From NCBI GenBank assembly GCA_963575745.1, contig CAUYUJ010000169.1, positions 1-64,000 on the forward strand: DNA of 64,000 nt, read 5' to 3'. The first letter of the stretch is position 1; the number at the start of each line of letters is the position of its first letter. Shown here one piece after another: positions 61,801-64,000 of the stretch. The translations under genes were made by a program, and so were the position numbers. The DNA is from Prorocentrum cordatum. Its lineage: Eukaryota. The notes under the pieces were generated by a model. The model was not told where the DNA came from, made no database searches, and saw only the letters and a list, made by a program, of their open reading frames with translations.

Positions 61801-63463
61801 ACCTTCCCTCGACCAACCGCTTTGGAGGGAAGGCTTCGTGCTCTTCAGTCCCCACCAGGCCCTCAAGGAGGAACTCGCCTTCAACAAGACGGTCCGCCGA
61901 CCCTACTCCCTAGCCATTACTAACATGTACAGGGATCGTGTCACGGTCAGGACCGTCTGCGAGTTGATCGCTGAGCGCATCCACATTACCCGCACCCGTT
62001 GGCGAGATGTGGTACTGTACTGGGACGCCGAGGGTGGTCCTGGGCCTCAGGCCCTCGACTACGGCATCGACCTCGGGCTCATCGGGCCCATCGCGGAGGA
62101 GTTCAATCGTCAGGCTGACGCCCTCGCCACAACGGCGGCACGTACTCATAACCTTCCAGACGACATTGTCGAAGCTGCCAAATCACGACATCGCCAAGCG
62201 ACCGTGCTGCATGGAGTCGCTGTCGCCATCTACGAGCGTAGACACCGTACACTCCCCCTCCCACACCGCAGGCCTGGGTTCACAGCTGCGGAACTCAACA
62301 AAATGGAACCAAATCCCCTGCTGTCTGACCAGGCACCACCCGCGGCTGGACCAGACATCCCACAGAACCCGGACGCGCTCTGGGCCGAGGCCCAACGGGC
62401 GATATTCGACGAACAGGAGGACGACCCGTTCGGCTTTGGTGGGGGCCTGGACTTCCTGGGCGACGGGCCAGCCAGCGCCAACCCTGCCCCGTCGGTTACC
62501 CGCACGGCGCCCCCGACTCCGCCATTGAGAGCGGCAGCGCACCCACATGACAACGCCGCTCATTTTCAAGACGCTGACGAACAGGAGGATGACCTGTTCA
62601 GCTTCGGTGGGGGATCGGACGCTTTGGACGACGGACCAGCCAGCGAAAACCCCGCCCCGTCGGGAAACCTCTCGATCCCTACTGCGACTCCGTCCCCGAG
62701 AGCGATATCGCCCACATACGATGATATCGGCCACCGCCAAGACGCCGACCATGACCTGGGTGACCCCCGCGGACTGAGTGGCATGGAGGACGCACCGCCG
62801 ATACCACACGCTGCCGACCATGCCGCCCTACCGAGACGCCAACCTTCTACGCGACCGACCTCAGAACCCTTGCACGGCATCACGACTGGTCCCACCGCGC
62901 AAACCACTCCGCCCCCCCACCGCCGGCAGCCCGCGGGGGCGGCTTCAGCCCCCCCGCAGGGTACTAAACCAGACAGGCCCTCGTGCCCCATCCACGCTTC
63001 CATCGTTGCTGTGCGAGAGGAAGCGGCTCTCCCGACCTCTCGGGGCGTGGCCCTAGCGGCTCCAGCCCTGGGGTCGCGTCGGCCCCTCCAGTCACCCTTC
63101 AAGGGTGACGGACGTCAGCGTACAGGGACCCGCACTACGCTAGTCCACCATTTGGACAGGCGTACCGAGGACCTCGCCTCTGTCTCGAGGCCCTCGGCTG
63201 CTGGCACTGAGCAGCCACCCCGCACCGACCGCGAAACCGAGCTGTCACAGGCTATGGCTGCCCTCCAGCAGAGGTGCTTAGCTCTCGCCGCGGACCTCGC
63301 CGCCGCCCAAGCTCGTCAAGGCCCTCTTCTCCAGCGCCTCCACAGTGCTGGGCGAGCCTTCGCCGAGCTGCTCACGGCCTCGCCCGATGGTGCCGTGCCG
63401 ACACTCAACATCCAAGCCATGTTGTCATCGTTCCGCGGCGCTCCACCTGGTGCCCCGCGCTAA
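58823..63463 (+). CDS. ORF3: interrupted multidomain protein (PARP-like ART motifs, Cys-rich Zn fingers, ubiquitin-like segment, acidic repeats, coiled coil)
   Basis: Overlapping frames 58823-59350, about 59556-59700, 59703-about 61120, 61115-63463 each read as protein-like in turn. Confidence 0.55.
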
Positions 63464-63830
63464 TCTCCTCCTTTCTGCCTGCCCGTGTGTACGCGTGGCT
63501 CCGCGTCCACGGTGTCAGGGCGCGGGGGCGGGGGGTGCCCCGTCACTGCGCGCCGCTTAGCGGCCAAGCGCCCAACTGGCGGTCTGCCAAGCCGCCTAGC
63601 CACGTGTCAGCACGTCGCCTTTCTTGTTGGGGCCTCTTTCTTTACGCGGTCTGACAGGTGAGATCATCATCGTCTGTCCGCCGTCTGTAGCGTCTGTCGC
63701 ACTGCGCCGGGGGAGGGTTTTTTTGTTGCCCGCCCTCGTATCTAAAGGCTGCACCGCCGCAAATAGTGCATGCGAGTTGTCGCACTGCAGTGCGCCTCGC
63801 GGACGGACCCTGGTCCGCCTACTTGTCCGA

Positions 63831-63852
63831 TCTCTCTCTCTCTCTCTCTCCT

Positions 63853-63907
<55 letters not shown>

Positions 63908-63942
63908 TATAATATATAATATATATCTTCCTCTGCTCTCTC

Positions 63943-63984
<42 letters not shown>

Positions 63985-64000
63985 CCCTCCCCCCTCTCTC
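63831..64000. repeat. (CT)n microsatellite, right flank or tail
   Basis: Visible. Confidence 0.95.

Larger units (their letters stand above)
53931..63830 (+). mobile_element. 9.9-kb putative non-autonomous non-LTR-type element between (CT)n tracts, ORF1-like gene plus cargo ORFs
   Basis: Sharp compositional island free of microsatellites and MITEs, co-oriented long ORFs, (CT)n on both sides, no TIR/LTR seen. Confidence 0.7.

Overview
GC-rich, microsatellite- and MITE-dense eukaryotic DNA. It is almost certainly from a dinoflagellate (Prorocentrum-like), judged by a relict dinoflagellate spliced leader, a dinoflagellate-type 18S rDNA fragment, and short exons with AG|GC and AG|GA donors; most ORF-track entries are low-complexity artefacts. 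Contents: (1) a decayed 18S fragment (1496-1648); (2) a tandem relict spliced leader (5432-5468) ahead of an intron-poor Trp-repeat (Sfi1-like) gene (5908-8614), probably a retrogene; (3) a multi-exon EngB/YihA (YsxC) GTPase gene over about 28 kb (17437-45561), with one intron bounded by a perfect 17-bp direct repeat; (4) 14 copies of a ~155-bp MITE with 8-bp TSDs, other foldback families, and satellite-carrying elements with a shared stem-loop end; (5) the best novelty candidate, a 9.9-kb element between (CT)n tracts (53931-63830). That element encodes a LINE-ORF1-like protein with no visible reverse transcriptase, a possible membrane protein, and a frameshifted polyprotein with a PARP-like ADP-ribosyltransferase motif set, Zn fingers and a ubiquitin-like segment, and it carries recurrent TTCA-loop hairpins. 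All domain calls are by eye and need HMM or structure confirmation.
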